Shown here: positions 35,581-62,998 of the stretch, piece after piece | Numbering within the stretch: position 1 is the first letter of the stretch | How the letters are laid out: every line of letters begins with the position of its first letter | Source: the human T2T-CHM13v2.0 reference genome, Homo sapiens | DNA length: 64,000 nt | Assembly (NCBI RefSeq): GCF_009914755.1 | Contig: NC_060926.1 | Direction: 5' to 3' (one strand) | Notes under the pieces: generated by a model | The model's database searches: none | What the model saw: the letters and a program-made list of their open reading frames with translations, nothing else | Told to the model about the DNA's origin: nothing | Translations under genes and position numbers: made by a program

Positions 35581-36967
35581 TAATCTGGGTAGCTCAAGAA
35601 TCCATAGAGGGAAGAGAAAGAAAAGCAAGTATACAAAAAGCAGGTTGTTGGAGGGTTATATTGACTTGGTTGAAATGGAATCCAACAGGGTCTTATCCTC
35701 CAGCTCACCAATGCTTCCCTTCCCCAGAGTAATTTTTCTATAATATTGACAGTCTGCTGGTATCATATAGATAATCTCTAGTGGTCTCCACTACTGACCA
35801 GATTGTCACACAGTGATCTCAGGCAATTAGGCAATTGATGAACACAGCAATTGGCAGGTCCTCTTCATAAATATCCACAGCCCCCACTAAAAGTTAGAGA
35901 TAGGTCAAACATCTCACATGACAGATTCACTCTGAATGGACACAACAGACTGACGGCAGAATCATCTAGCCCTCTGGGAGGAGAGTACTGAGAACCAATA
36001 GCAATCCACACCTGAAGGCTGCTGCCAGCATCGCTTGCTGGATTCCTCCACCTTCCTCGGATGAGGTTCATAGAGCAAGTGTAAAGTCTCTAACCAACCA
36101 CGTATCTTATTTCTAACATCCACTATACCAAGGAACAAAACCTTAAAATGGACTCTTGGAAAATTAGTTGAAATGTGTAGGTAACCAATTTTGAAGTGTG
36201 GATTCATGATTTGGATTCATCAAATGCTAATTAACTACACCTAGAGTGCAAGTTGATGCTACCTAGGGTGTAGAAAAAAGTTACCTTATGTTTAAATATA
36301 TCATATAGTTTACACTAAATTTCTTAAGCATTTTAAAGTGAATTACCACATAGAAAGCAGAACATAGGTGAAGACCAAACTCCTTAGGATGGGCTCTTAG
36401 CCCTTCTCAAGCTAACCCCCTCTTCATCTTTGCCATCCCTGTCCCAACATACACATACACAGATACACATACACCCTACACCACACACAGCAAGCTGCTC
36501 CCTGCTCTAGAATGTGACAGCTACATTTCAGGCTGCTCCACATGCTGCTCCTACCTCCCTCTTCCCCATCTGACCAACCTCTTCTCTTCTGCCAAGACCT
36601 ACCTCAAATGCTTCCTATTCCAAATCTTTTGGGAACCCCTTCCTTCTCAGCCCTGTGGAGTTGGTCACTCCCTTTTCCATATTCTAATAGCACCTTGTAT
36701 GATACATTCGTGGTGGTATTGTACCATGTCCCTCACTGGACAGTGCATGTCACAAGCACCATGACTATCTTTGGGCCTCCATTACAGCACACCAGGCACA
36801 TAAGGAAAAGCAGAGTCCTTCCTAAAGAGTTCTCACCAAAAGCGTTTCTCAAAGGCAATTAAATCTGTTGCTTGTACATTGTTCTTCCTAGGCAAGAAAT
36901 TCTTAAAATTTCTGAAGTCATGAAACCCCAATGTTCTTAATGGTATTTTATAGCCCTTTTTACCTGG

Positions 36968-37690
<723 letters not shown>

Positions 37691-38331
37691 TTAGGTTCTG
37701 AAAGTTCTTCGTGGCATTTAGGTATTGAAAAATGTGAGTTGAATTCAAAGCACAGGTATAGAGAACTAACAGAGAATTTCATTTCAGCACTTACTATAAC
37801 TAGTCACCTAGTGCTAAGGATCTCTGTGCTGGGCAAGCCTTATTGTATAAAGTTCTCTGATGCTAAAGCCTTCTATACTGGTTAAGTTCTGGAAAATGAA
37901 ACTGCTTTTTTAAAGAAAACTAATTTTATCCCAGAAAGATCTGGGAAATCTTCCAAGACTGCTTTTTAAGAGTAGGACCTGAAATGTATCATTAGAAAAA
38001 AGGTTCCACTTTTTCTTATCAGATAAATTGACATTAAGTTTACTTAATGGTAGTCCATGGCCTTGTTCTGGAAGACTAATAATCATCAATTCTATCTATA
38101 GTTAGCTTGCTTTGAAAGCAAGGCAGCCTTACTTTCTCACAAAGTTTCTGTGAAGAATTATAAAATGCATGTGAAAATATTTTGTAAACAGTAACATCCT
38201 CTATAAATTTAAGGTCTACTGTGACCACTCTATTACTACTAATAGTAGTACATACCAAGTAATAGCAGTAGTACTACTAATAATAGCAATAAGGCAGTGA
38301 TTAAGTTCTATTTAGTTTAGTTGCTTTTTCA

Positions 38332-39101
<770 letters not shown>

Positions 39102-42100
39102 TCTTAGTAACATTTCTTAATCTTCAGTTCTGCAGTAATATTCTAGGAGATATGAACTATTAATAATAAGCAGTAAACAGTTTTTTCTAAACAATCCTAT
39201 AGCTAACATACCACATGCCATTACACTGTTCTCTTGTTGGTTTTTATTTTGCTTCGTTTTAATGAATGTCTTGAATGCTATATAACTTAGAATGCACATA
39301 TTTAAATCACCCCAAATATCACTTATTTGGCAACTCACTTCAAACTATATTCTGAACAAGCACTTTACAGGAGCAAAGAGTTTTCACCTTAACCTGTCAT
39401 TATTCTGATGTTAAGAGGGGAGAGAGAGAAACAGAAAATGCATGTATGCCAAATTTCTTGAATCCCTAAGCTTCCCAATTATTTCGGCCTATTCAAAAAT
39501 CGAGTCCAGGTGTGGTGGCTCACGCCTATAAATCCCAACATTTTGAGAGGCAGAGGTGGGAGGATTGCTTAAGCCCATGAGTTGGAGGTCATTCTGGGCA
39601 ACATAACCAGATCCTGTCTCTATTAAAAAAAAAAAAAAAACTAAAATCTAAATAATAGAGTGTGTTTGCTAAAAGAGGGTATTTATTTAACAAATATTAC
39701 TAAAATGTTAATGTAACTAAGCAATGCTTTTTATCTTGATTATGTCAAATATTATTAATAATTATAACTATTAAAATAATTCTATGAAGAAGTAAAAAAA
39801 ATGGTATATATGAGATATGTAGCAAGTGAATGATATTTAACACATTTTTTACCTAAAATGAAATTATTTAAAAGCTCATTGTACCTCAAAGCTTTTTCAC
39901 TGTAAAAATTTTGTGGAGCCTATGAAAATACTTCTGGCCACACATACATACATAAATATATGCATACATATATAGGTGTGTGTAACTAGAAGTATTTCAT
40001 ATACATATGCTACAATATTTAAGCCAGGTTCATAGGATGTTCTATAAGCTTCTACAAGACTCAAAGCATAGGAATAAATACTTCCCCCAGCTCATTTTCC
40101 AAGGGCAACAATGTGCTTTTCAAAACAGGCCCTTGATATTCTTCTAGTTGTTAGGAATAAAAACCTATTGTCACTTGCTTTTAAAAAAGAAACACTTAGG
40201 TATCCATTCCCATCAATGAAGTTAAAAGCAGTAGCACATTCACATGTTGCACTTAGCACCTTTCTTTTTAAGTAGTTCAAAATTTTTAAATCCAAAAGTA
40301 CTAAGGGGGATTCACAGCAATGGCAGAGTGAAGAAATCAGCATATCCTTTTTCCCAAAACAACCATAAAACTGGGCAAGGCTAGGCGTGATGATTCACAC
40401 CTATAATCTCAGCACTTTGGGAGGCTGAGGCGGGAGGCTCACCTAAGGCCAGGAGTTTGAGACCAGCCTGGGCCACAAAGCAAAACCCCATCATCACCAA
40501 AAAAAAAAAAAAAAAATTAGCAGACTCAGTGGCTCATGCCTGTAGCCCAATTACAAAGAAGGAATGTGTTCACATCCATGACTAAGAAAGGCTTATGGGA
40601 AAAAAGCAGTAGTTGAGATAAGGCTTGAAACAATAGTGGGATTTTGACAGTGGAAAATGAGGGAAGGACATCTCAAGAAAGGTCAAGACAAGATGTGTCC
40701 TGTCTGACCAAAGCATAGAGTTCAATTGTTTGGAACCTTTTCCTACCATAATACAATTCACAAACAACGTTTCCCCTGCTAGCTGCACGGTGCCTATTCC
40801 CATGGGTGCACCCAAAAGCAGAGAAAAGATAAGTGGCAAGGTGTGGTCTGTAATCCCAACACTTCAGGAGGCCAAGGTGGGAGGATTATTTGAGGCCAGG
40901 AGTTCAGGAAAACCTTTAATCCACTTTACATTTTAAAGAAAATAATCTGCTTACTTTAATATCATTTTTAGTCAAAAATCATTTGCTACATACCCCACAT
41001 TGATGGTAATAACAGGTTAAGAACCACAAATGTGATGGGAAGTAAAGGTGAAAAACATTGGTCAGAGCTATCCCTGAGTATAAACAGAGGCATTTAAACA
41101 GTGAAGAGAAATGATTCAGCTTGCAGTTGAGAAGATTGCTCTGGAAATGTTGAGAAAGGGGATAGTACAGTTAGGAAGTTATTGCAAAAGTCCCATTTAG
41201 TTAGGGGTAATAGATGCCTAAATCAAGATGGTACTGGGGAAAGATGATACAATTTTAAAACGTGGCAAAAATAGAAGATAAGCTTTGTGAGGCCATAGGC
41301 GTAACATGTCACTATCTCTACTGGTCTCTAGCTGAATAAATATTTGTTGAATGAATAAATAAGATCTTGGTGGTAAGGCGGTGCATTATAATGGTGAAGC
41401 CAGACTGCTTGGGTTCAACTGGACCTCTTCCACTTACTAGCGCTATGATCTTAGACAAGTTACCTGACCTCGATGCCTCGGCTTTTCCATCTGTAAAATG
41501 GGACTAATAATAGTGTCTAGATTACAGGGTAGTTTTCAGGATGAAATGGGGTTACTACATAAAGTGCATAGAAGAGGGCCTGATACATATAGGGACATAT
41601 TAGTTATCATTTTTATTTGTGAAACGTTGTCCTTTAACAGAACTTCAGATGTGAAAAATACAGTTCTGGGGGAAGAGCAATTGACAGCACTGACAGTGTT
41701 AAATTAGCCATGAAGTGAAGATGCCAGATAGTGTGGACTGGGGCCTTGGGAGAAAGGAAGGGGCTAGACACTTAGAGATCAGACTCCAGCCACTTCCCTC
41801 TGCTCCCCACAGCCCTCCCAATCACACTAGCTTCTTGCAGTTCCTCCAACAGATGCAGTTTGTTTCCTGCCTCCTTCCCACTGCTGTTGCCTCAACTTGG
41901 AAGGGCATAGAGCCTGGATTTAACAAATATTTGCTTAATGATTCAGTAGATGATCTTGGAACTCTTTTAAGTGGAGTAAATGTTAAATCCTTGAGAATGT
42001 ATGAGACTGCCATAGAAGAAAGTATCCAGAAAGAAAAGGTATCAGTACAGAAAAGAAGAGTCAGAAAATACCGTGCAAAGGCACATTCAGAACGTAACCA

Positions 42101-42519
42101 GGATAGCTGGAGCCAGGATTCAAGGAGAGAGGTAGGTAACATTCAATGCTCAGAGGAGGCAAACAGGGTGAAGAATAAAACACTGGGTTTGGCAATAATT
42201 TCAGGAACGAACGCTGAGAAAGTCATTTTTCCATGAAGTTGCGGGGGGGTGGGGTAGAGGTCAGATAGTTAATTAGGGAAAAGAAGTCAACAAACTATTT
42301 TATCAAAAGGTTTAGGGAAGAGAAGCCACTCTCCTCCTACCAGAGAGTGAGGAAGCAACTGGAGAGAAGTAAACTACTGTACAGTGAATAAAAACATGGG
42401 GCTACATCCTAGAGGCGCTGTGCATCTTTATCTGCACAGAGTTTTGTCACGTCCACAGTGCTTTTCACACGCACTATCTAATCTGATCGTACCCCAGCTC
42501 CCTGATGATATAGCCTCTA

Positions 42520-42680
42520 ACTGAGGGGTTCTCAAGGTGCGGACCAGCAGCAGCATCACAGATAACTTGTTGGAAATGCACATTCATGGGTTCCACACCA
42601 GGCCTACAGAATGAGAAACTACGGGTGGGGCCCAGCAGTCTGTTATAACAAGTCCTCCAAGGGATTCTGATGCTCTCCAA
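42520..42680. mobile_element. MER5A-like DNA transposon
   Basis: ggttctcaaggtgcgg...aatgagaaact...gggcccagcagtctg...aacaagtcctcca motif. Confidence 0.7.
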
Positions 42681-43324
42681 GTCCCCATAGCCACCACACT
42701 CGGGAGACAACCGCTGCAGCGCGCAGGGACCGCGGTTGGAGGACAGAATTTCCCCTTCTCAATCTTCGGCCTGTGTCCTCTTCGCTCTTAAGGGAGGTAG
42801 TGAACAATGAGACAGCCCCTCAGAGAAAAGTCGCCAGGCAGGGGACTCAGCTGGAGCGAACTCCGCCCATCCCGGCCAGGGCGGAGGCGAGGTGCGGATT
42901 CCTTCCCCAAACCACGCCCCCATGCCCGCCCCCAGCCTCCGCCCCCGCACGACCCGAGGGCCCCCCGCCCTCGGGCTTCGACTTCCGGTGCTGGAGGAGG
43001 GGGCCGGCGGCGAGGGACTCCAGGAGGACGCGTCCAACTTCGAGACCGGCGGGGGCCGGCTCCGCTCTTCCAACCCCTCCATGTGTGAAGAGGGCGGACG
43101 ACGCAGCGGGGGAAGAAAAATAAGCTAGTCTAGGACAAGTGTCCAGGCGACGTGGAACCCAGTAAGGGAATAAAGAAGACTGGAAACGTCTCTCCCCTCC
43201 CCTATCCCAGTCCCTCACCCTAATCCGCGCGCAATAGAAAAGGCGGAAGCGCCTGTCCACGATCAGGGCGGGGCAAGGGGAAGAAATCTCGCGATAGGAG
43301 AGCGGTCCGGGCGGGGGTGGCACC

Positions 43325-43424
43325 TCTCCCTCCTCCTGGCGTTAGTTCCGGTCGCAGAGGAGACACCGCCGCAGTTGCCGGTACATCGGGGATTTCTGGC
43401 TCTTTCCTCTTCGCCTTAAATTCG
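43325..43424 (+). other. BZW1: BZW1 main non-coding exon 1 (5' end approximate)
   Basis: Donor TTCG|gtgaga; no AUG in the exon; lies just downstream of the promoter motifs. Confidence 0.75.
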
Positions 43425-43841
43425 GTGAGACGCGGCGCCCCGCTCACCCCGGGCGGACGCTGCGGGTCGTGGACGCCGGGCAGAGGGAGAGGGAGGCGGC
43501 GGGCTGGATGCGGCCCGGCTTGGATGGGCCCGAACGGAGGTCGCCTCTTGAGGCCGGGCCGGATCTAGGGCCTGAAAGGCCGCCGCTTCGGCAGGGAGGC
43601 CGAGGGGTAGCGGCGGCCCGGGTGGGGAGGTGGGGTCCGGGTGTGCGCCGCGGCGCTGGCTGCGAAGGCAGTGGCCGAGGCGGGCTCCCTCTGGGCCGTG
43701 CCCGGCCTGGCTAACAAAGCCGCCGCGGCCTCTGTTGTGTGATGTACGCGTGGGGGCTTCCGGCGGGCGGGGCGGAGGGGCTGCCACCCACCACCGCTGC
43801 GGCCGCCGCCTCCGCCGCTGCTTTCGCTGGAGGGCGGGCGG

Positions 43842-43927
43842 ATGTACGGGGCGCCTGGGGCCCCGGCGCAAAGCGCCTCAGTGACTGTGGTCCGCTCGTT
43901 GCGGCGGCCGCCACCGCAGGCGACAGG
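43842..43927 (+). CDS. BZW1: BZW1 alternative first exon adding a 32-aa N-terminal extension (451 aa)
   Basis: ATG...ACA GG|gtcagt joins exon 2 (G GTG TCT TTT ATG) in frame: MYGAPGAPAQSASVTVVRSLRRPPPQATGVSF-MNNQ. Confidence 0.7.
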
Positions 43928-44651
43928 GTCAGTGGAGAAAGAGCCGCGGGACCCTACGGCGCCCCGCTGTGGCCGATGGGGTCCTGGGCGGGAAGCGGGT
44001 GATCTGTGGCTCGGGCGGGAGGCATGGGAAGGGTGTGGATTGGGAGACACGTTACCGGGGAGGAGGCTAGGACTGTGGGATATGGGCGAAGGAGGCTGGG
44101 CTGGCTGTTAGTTTTGCAGGCCTGAGTGGTGCAAGGCGGCCGCTGTTGCGGTCACAGGCATGACCTAGGGTAGGATGGTGCTGCCCGTAACCAGGCTTGT
44201 CAGAAGAAGGGGTTCACCTTTTGACAGTGTTTTAGAATTGGCATACACATTTTGGATGCCTGCTGACTATGGTGATAATCTCTCTTTGCGTTCTGCGATG
44301 CTTAGTGGTCGTGGAAGATGTAAGTGAATGTAAAGAGGAATGTGGAGAAAACTGAACAATTAGGTTTATGACGGGTGATCACTGTAGCACTACAATGTCG
44401 CTTAAAAGTAGTTCACAGCACTAATTTGAAGGGTTTCTTGTAGAGAGAAATGCACATTTTGACGTACATTTGATTCAAGTGCAGGTAATTCTTTGTGCCT
44501 GTATCGGGTATAATTGCCAGCTTTATATCCTGAGAGTGGGTGTTCCATTTGATTCATATGTGACTAGACTAAGGTTTGATGTTTTGCTTTAAAAATTAGT
44601 ATTATGGCACTGATATTAAGGCTTTATTTCTCCTTTCCTAGGGTGTCTTTT

Positions 44652-53613
<8,962 letters not shown>

Positions 53614-55285
53614 ATTTTGAAACTACACCCTCAGTAAAGCAAACAGGAGTTGTAGATAAAATGTCATGTCTCATGTGTCCTGGTTCTTACATCTTCCTAC
53701 CTCCCTGTATCAAGCATGATATAAGGGCTTTCATGGCAAATTTTATTTTAACTGTTTCTATGGTTGCTGGAAATGTTGGGTTTAGTTTCTAAAACCATGT
53801 TTTAAGTAGCTACAGGAGCTATAGATTTGAATCTAATGTTGCATTAGTCTTTTCAGTTATCTTCTACCTCCTGTATTTTCTACTGTAATAATGTAATTTA
53901 AGGCCTTCCACAATGAACAGTTCACTTTATTCCCTGGGTTTTCTATAAACAGTTTTAAGGATATGATTTGGTTAAAAAATAATTTGTTATAAAAATTCTG
54001 TTTGCAAATTAAACTGGAAAAGTATCCAGAGTCTCAAAAGGCAATGATTTGTGAGATAATATGGCATGCCCGGAGCCCTGCTCATCAATGAAAAACCCAT
54101 ATGTAATAATCGAATTCATTTAACATGAATCTTGAGTACGTGGACCATTGCTTGCATGTTAACTTTTTGTTTTGTTTTGTTTTGTTTTGTTTTGTTTTGC
54201 ATTTTTAACTCCAGATATCCTAAAGCTCAATTGTTTGGTCTCTGGTTTTCATCCTTAGAGAAGCCATGGAGAACAGACTTGAAAAGTTTAGGAAATCATA
54301 ATGTGGCAGAGGTGGTGGGAAGAAGAAAGTTGAGCTTTTTCCCCTTGAGAAACTTCTGCATTTAGTTTCTATCTTTCCAGGCAAAACAAATGGGTATTCT
54401 TTTCATACAACCATTTTCAAATGAACCTTAGAAAAGTCTTAACATTTAAGGTATTTTATGCACAGAATACACTTAGATTGATAGGAAAGAACTCGTAATG
54501 GAGTTTGAGTAAAGAAAATGACTGATGTACTAAACCCAGTAAAAATTGTTGAAAATGTTAAAGGTCAGCATGTTCTAATTGGGAATCTAGATATAGCTTA
54601 GATTTCCTATTGGCTTAGAGTATTTGCTATAACAAATGAAGTGCAATGACAATTATATATTCCTACTCGGTCATACTGGACTGGCTTCGTTCTCTTAATA
54701 TACTCAGTAATGACTCAAGCCTCTGGCTATTAACATACCCTAGTTGCCGTTTTTTAATTGCCATGAGCCAAATACTTCTTGGTATACAATTGATCCATTT
54801 ATTTTAATGGCTGCCTTTTCATTTTCATCTTTTCTTGCTGCTACCCATCTATGTATGTAGTCATTGGGGGGAAAATGTAGCCACATTTTTTATGGGAAGA
54901 CTTTGTGTTAAAAGTGAACATTTTGAAGGTTTTTAACTGGTGAAACTAGCCTGGAATAATGCCACCAGAGACTGAGTGGAAATCGCCCCTTTTGAAGGTG
55001 CCATTCTTATGAGCCAAAAGTTTGTCATTTAAAAGTTCATTTTGAGGGAATAACATGTAATATAATTTGAAATAAAGGTATAGTAACCTTAAAAAGAACA
55101 TTATAACTGATTGTTGTGAATGGGGTGAATTTGTTAAAATGAGTAACTTTGATAAAGTTTTTCATGCACAGGCAAAATGTATTCACTAGATTTCTACGTA
55201 GTGATCTGCTTTTACTTTGTAATTTGTAGTTCTCAAAAGACTTTTTTTTAAAAAAATAAAGTCCATACTTACACTTAGGCTTTAT
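53614..55285 (+). other. BZW1: BZW1 proximal 3'UTR with tandem polyA signals
   Basis: Repeat-free AT-rich UTR; ATTAAA at 54008, AATAAA at 55071 and 55255, followed by U/GU-rich sequence. Confidence 0.8.
54166..54199. repeat. (TTTTG)n repeat in BZW1 3'UTR
   Basis: Direct reading. Confidence 0.9.
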
Positions 55286-56040
55286 ACATCAGTCTTTTTT
55301 TTTTTAAATTCCATGTTAATACCTAGTGGTATTGTATGTTGTGTGTTCAGATGTCTTTACTGTATCTGTATACCATTAAGTAATAATTAGACTCCCAAAC
55401 TGTAAACCACCTACACAGAATTCTGGTGTAGCTAAAACTACATTAATATTTCTACAACCAATTCATTGCATGTTTCTTCCATACAAAGTGTGCCATTTTA
55501 TACTGTGTATAGTGAAAAAGTGTGTCATCTTCCAGAACTACATTATTATCTTTGATCGTAGTTTGTTTCTTCATAATGACACTGTAGTGTTTACTTAGTA
55601 GAACATTATAGTAAGTGGATATCACTTGTGACAGTAATAGTGTAAAGAAAGGGAATGCTTTATAAAAAGATTGCAGATTCCATTCCATATAAAAAGATTC
55701 CATTCTGAATCTTAAGTGGTAATTTTAGAATTCAGGTGCCAGTGCCAGCCTATGGCCTCAAGTATGTAATTCTTAATATAGATGTTAAATTGTACTTTTA
55801 ATTATGATTGGATAAATGTTTTTTCTAACTGTCAGTTTCTAAGGCTGTCTCCTTAGAAACTAAATGAGTTTTTAGAGCTGGTTGTAAGTTTCTTAGCCTT
55901 ACTCTGTGAGTTATAGATGTTATTTCATTCTATATATAGATGTTTATTCCATTCTTATTTAAAAAAAAAAACCTCCATATACCAAAAATGCTACAGGATA
56001 TTTTGAAATAGCATATTTTAGTTAGGGGAAATGCATGTGA

Positions 56041-58040
<2,000 letters not shown>

Positions 58041-58751
58041 GGTATTTTTAAATGTACTCAATCACTGTCATTTTAGTAACCTTGAATCAGAACCTCAGTT
58101 GTTAAAGGCTTAACTGCTTGTGGCAACTACTATAGTGCTCTAGTGGGGACAGTGGTTAAAATCTGCAGAATCCCTTGCTTTGTCATCTTATCCAGAAGGA
58201 CTGATAGCTTGTTAAACTGTGGTATGATTAGAATGTTGGTGGTTGTGTAGTGCATTTGGGGTGCTACAACGTTAATCAAATATAATTGAGCTGTTCTGTT
58301 TCCAGTCAGTGTAACCATTTAAAAATACCTTGGCAAAACAAGCTAGGAGCTAGTTCATGCTAATATTCTTAAGGACAAAAATAGTTTACAGCTTTTTTTT
58401 TTTTAATCTGAAATCCTGAAGGCTATGCTTAAAAGTTAGAGATAAACCTGTTGGAAATAAGTGATTCATTTATAGACTGAAGCCTCTATGACTTCAAAAA
58501 GATACTCAACAGTCTCTGGCATTTGAAGAACAAAATATTTTCTCTGTAAATACACCTCATTTCCATTCTAGTTAGGAGCAATGGCGCCCAGGACGGCACA
58601 CAGAATGGAGAAAACTGGATAGCTGGTAACTCATTTAGCTCTTGGCACTCTAAAAAACCTCAAATACAGCCATCCAAGCCAGTAATTCTATTGCTGCGTT
58701 ATTTCTGTGTTTAACTGTGAAACTTGCTTCTTGTCTGTACCCTTGAAATGG

Positions 58752-58757
58752 AATAAA
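58752..58757 (+). terminator. Candidate distal BZW1 polyA signal
   Basis: AATAAA at the end of a repeat-free stretch, with TGTA upstream (58736) and GT-rich sequence downstream. Confidence 0.5.
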
Positions 58758-61248
58758 ATTTCATGAGACTCCTTGTTAATGTAGAGAAAAGCAATGACTG
58801 TTCAGTTGGTTGTACACTAAGGCCTCAGTCCTTGACCTTTCCCATTTTGCTCAGTGTTTTAAATATGATGTAAGGGCCTGTGCTTCCAGATATTTTTTTC
58901 TCCAGTCTCATTTTTGCATTTGTATGGCTCATGTACTTCAAACTGTTCGTACATGTTCCAAAAATGCCAGTGTTTAATTCAAAAGAGATGAATGTGATCT
59001 ACTCCAGAATGCTTCAAGTCCTGTCCACTTTAACTCCAAAGTAATCTCAAATGCCACCGCAGTTCAGGCCACCAGCATCTTACCTAGTTACTAAGTGATT
59101 TTTGCATCCACTTTTGTGTATCTCATCTTTTAACAGCAAGAGTGGTCTTTGGATGTAGTTTACCAGTTTAAAATCTTTGTCTTTGCCTAGGTGGTCTTTC
59201 ATGAACTATTCAGCTTCATCTGCCTTTTCCTCTTCGTCACTATGTGCTGTGTAGTTGGCAGAGCTTGTCACATCCAAACCTGCAGGTAATTGAACAAGCT
59301 GGTTACTGACTGGATTAGTATCCAGGGAATAGTGAAGATAGGAAAAAGATTATAAAGCCCATCAGTTAATACCATTTGTGTTTTGTTTTTTGAGGTGGTC
59401 TTGTCCTGTCACCCAGACTGACATGATCATAGCTGAGTGCAGCCTCAAACTCCTGGGCTCAAGCAATCTTCGCACCTCAGTGGCTGGGACTGTAGGTGTC
59501 ACGCTTAATACTGTTATTAAAAAGACAACTAGGAGGGATGTTTGCTTGTAGAATGAAAACTGTTATGTGAATTCCAAGTATTAGGAAGCAACTTTTCTTA
59601 GACAAGATTAGATGAAAGCTATTTGTGCCCTGTGGTTAGTATTGCTTGATGTGACCAAGACAGGATGAGAAGCTGGCAGTCAGCAAATGTGAAACATACA
59701 CTGTCAGGCCCTCTGCTGAGCTTTAAGACTATGGTAATGAACAGCACTGGACCCCAAGATTCAAGCCCATAGGAGGAGATAGGAAAGGAAGAGTAGGCTG
59801 AATGCAAAACGAAAGGATGTGGGAGGGACTGGCAAATTGGAGAGTCCAGTCTCAAGAATATAATCTGTAAATTATTAGGATACCGTGAAAGACAAATTGC
59901 ACTTGCTGATAAAATATGGTTTGCAAATGCCTAATATCTGAACAAAACAGTGCATACCTACAGTCTAATGGAGAAAGATCTGTCTCCATCTGTTAGCTGT
60001 GTGACTGGGCAAATAATTTAGCCTCTGAATCTTGTTTCCTGAACCTGTAAAATGAGAATGGCAATCTAATTTTGATTAAATGATATCATTGCTGGGCACA
60101 GTGGCACACACCTGTAATCTCAGCTACTGGGGAGGCTGAGATAAAGAATTGCTTGAGTCCAGGAGTTCGAGGATATAGTGAGCTATGATCATATGTGAGA
60201 ATAGCCACTGCCCTCCAGCCTGGGCAACATAGTGAGACCCCATCTCTGGGGGAAAAAAATGGTATCATTTTACCCAGTGATAAAATGACAGTCTCAACTA
60301 CATGGGGCAGTTGAGAAGTTCTACTTAAAGTAGCTGGGATTACAGGCATGTGCCACCACACTCGGCTAATTTTGTTTGTATTTTTAGTAGAGATGGGGTT
60401 TCTCCATGTTGGTCAGGCTAGTCTCGAACTCCCGACCTCAGGTGATCCACCCGCCTCGGCCTCCCAAAGGGCTGGGATTACAGGCGTGAGCCACCGCGCC
60501 CAGCCATAAATACAGGTTTTTATGTTTGATAGGAACTGGTGGAAGGTAATTTAAGTGCCAGCAGCCATCATTATGATGCCTGCTTTAGCAACTATAAAAA
60601 AGGAGAAGCAAGATAGTAGCTGAAATCCTTATAGCCCAGTAGTGAATGATAATCATGCTTTGTGTGACTGGTCAAGTATTCAGTGAATCTCACAAAATCC
60701 TTTGTAGTAACAGTATAAATATTATCAACTTCTAAGAACAAGAGAGGAGAGTTAATGGCAAATGAAAAATATCCAACTGTTGGAAGAAGGCAAGCAGATA
60801 TGACCAACAACCAGCTTGGTTTTAGCTTTCTCTGTTCTGCTAAGCCCTTGTGGTGTCGCAGGTTGCTAACAACAACCCAGGAAGTTGATTGGAACTGCCA
60901 AACTCCGCAAGGTCTTGGGAGTCAGGGATGCTAATTTCTTCTGAGAGTGGGTGTGAGTATGGTGGAGCTGAAAACAAGTTTATTGAATGTCTTAGGCCAT
61001 CCCTTCCCCCTATGCTGGCAGGTGAGTGCCCCTGCACAAATTCAGCAGAAAACAGAAGTTTCACCATCTGCAAAAGTTGGAAAAAGGGGAGGAGAGGGTG
61101 ATAATGGACTGGGGGATACCAGACAGAGTAAAAAAGTGCCGTATTAAAAATAAAAGCCAGGCGCAGTGGCTCACGCCTGTAATCCCAACACTTTGGGAGG
61201 CAGAGGCGGGCAGATCACTAGGTCAGGAGATCGAGACCATCCTGGCTA

Positions 61249-61776
<528 letters not shown>

Positions 61777-61972
61777 TTAATTTAAAAAATATAAAAATAA
61801 TGGCCGGGCACGATGGCTCACACCTGTAATCCCAGCACTTTGGGAGGCCGAGGCAGGCGGATCACCTGAGGTCGGGAGTTCGAGACCAGCCTGACTAATA
61901 CGGAGAAACCCCGTCTCTACTAAAAATACAAAATTAGCCGGGCGTGGTGGCACACGCCTGTAATCTCAGCTA

Positions 61973-62110
<138 letters not shown>

Positions 62111-62424
62111 TTAAAATAAAGCCAGGCACAGTGTCTCACACGTGCAACCCCAGCACTTTCGGAGGCCAAGACAAGAATTGCCTGAAGCCAGGAGTTCAAG
62201 ACCAGCCTGGGCAACGGAGACCCCCATCTCTACAAAAAAAGTAATCAAGTGAGCTACTTGGGAGGCTGAGGAGGGAGGATTGCTTGAGCCCAGGAATTCA
62301 AGGCTGCAGTGAGCTATGATCACACTACCGAACTCCGTGACAGAGAAAGACCTTGTCTCTTAAAAAAAAGGCTGGGCATGGTGGCCCATGCCCAGCACTT
62401 TGGGAGGCTGAGGCAGGTGGATCA

Positions 62425-62728
<304 letters not shown>

Positions 62729-62761
62729 TCAGCACTTTGGGAGGCCAAGGCTGGTGGATCA

Positions 62762-62998
<237 letters not shown>

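Larger units (their letters stand above)
42700..44150. promoter_or_regulatory. BZW1 CpG-island promoter (probably bidirectional)
   Basis: Very high GC and CpG content; GC boxes (43266, 43766); ETS cores (42981 acttccgg, 43243 gcggaag); CGCG/BANP-type TCTCGCGATA at 43287-43296; no TATA box. Confidence 0.92.

Noticed and set aside
40082-40143. Minus-strand mini-exon EYQGPVLKSTLLPLENELGE as part of the relic gene
   Set aside because: Its donor is phase 0, and the phase-0 frame of the next candidate segment hits stops; weak splice sites.
41715-42236. 173-aa ORF, the longest in the track
   Set aside because: Non-ATG start, no recognisable domain, and it lies among decayed L2/MIR-like sequence.
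42759-44111. Many overlapping 70-160 aa ORFs on both strands
   Set aside because: Expected stop-codon scarcity in a CpG island. Only 43842-43927 splices in frame to BZW1.
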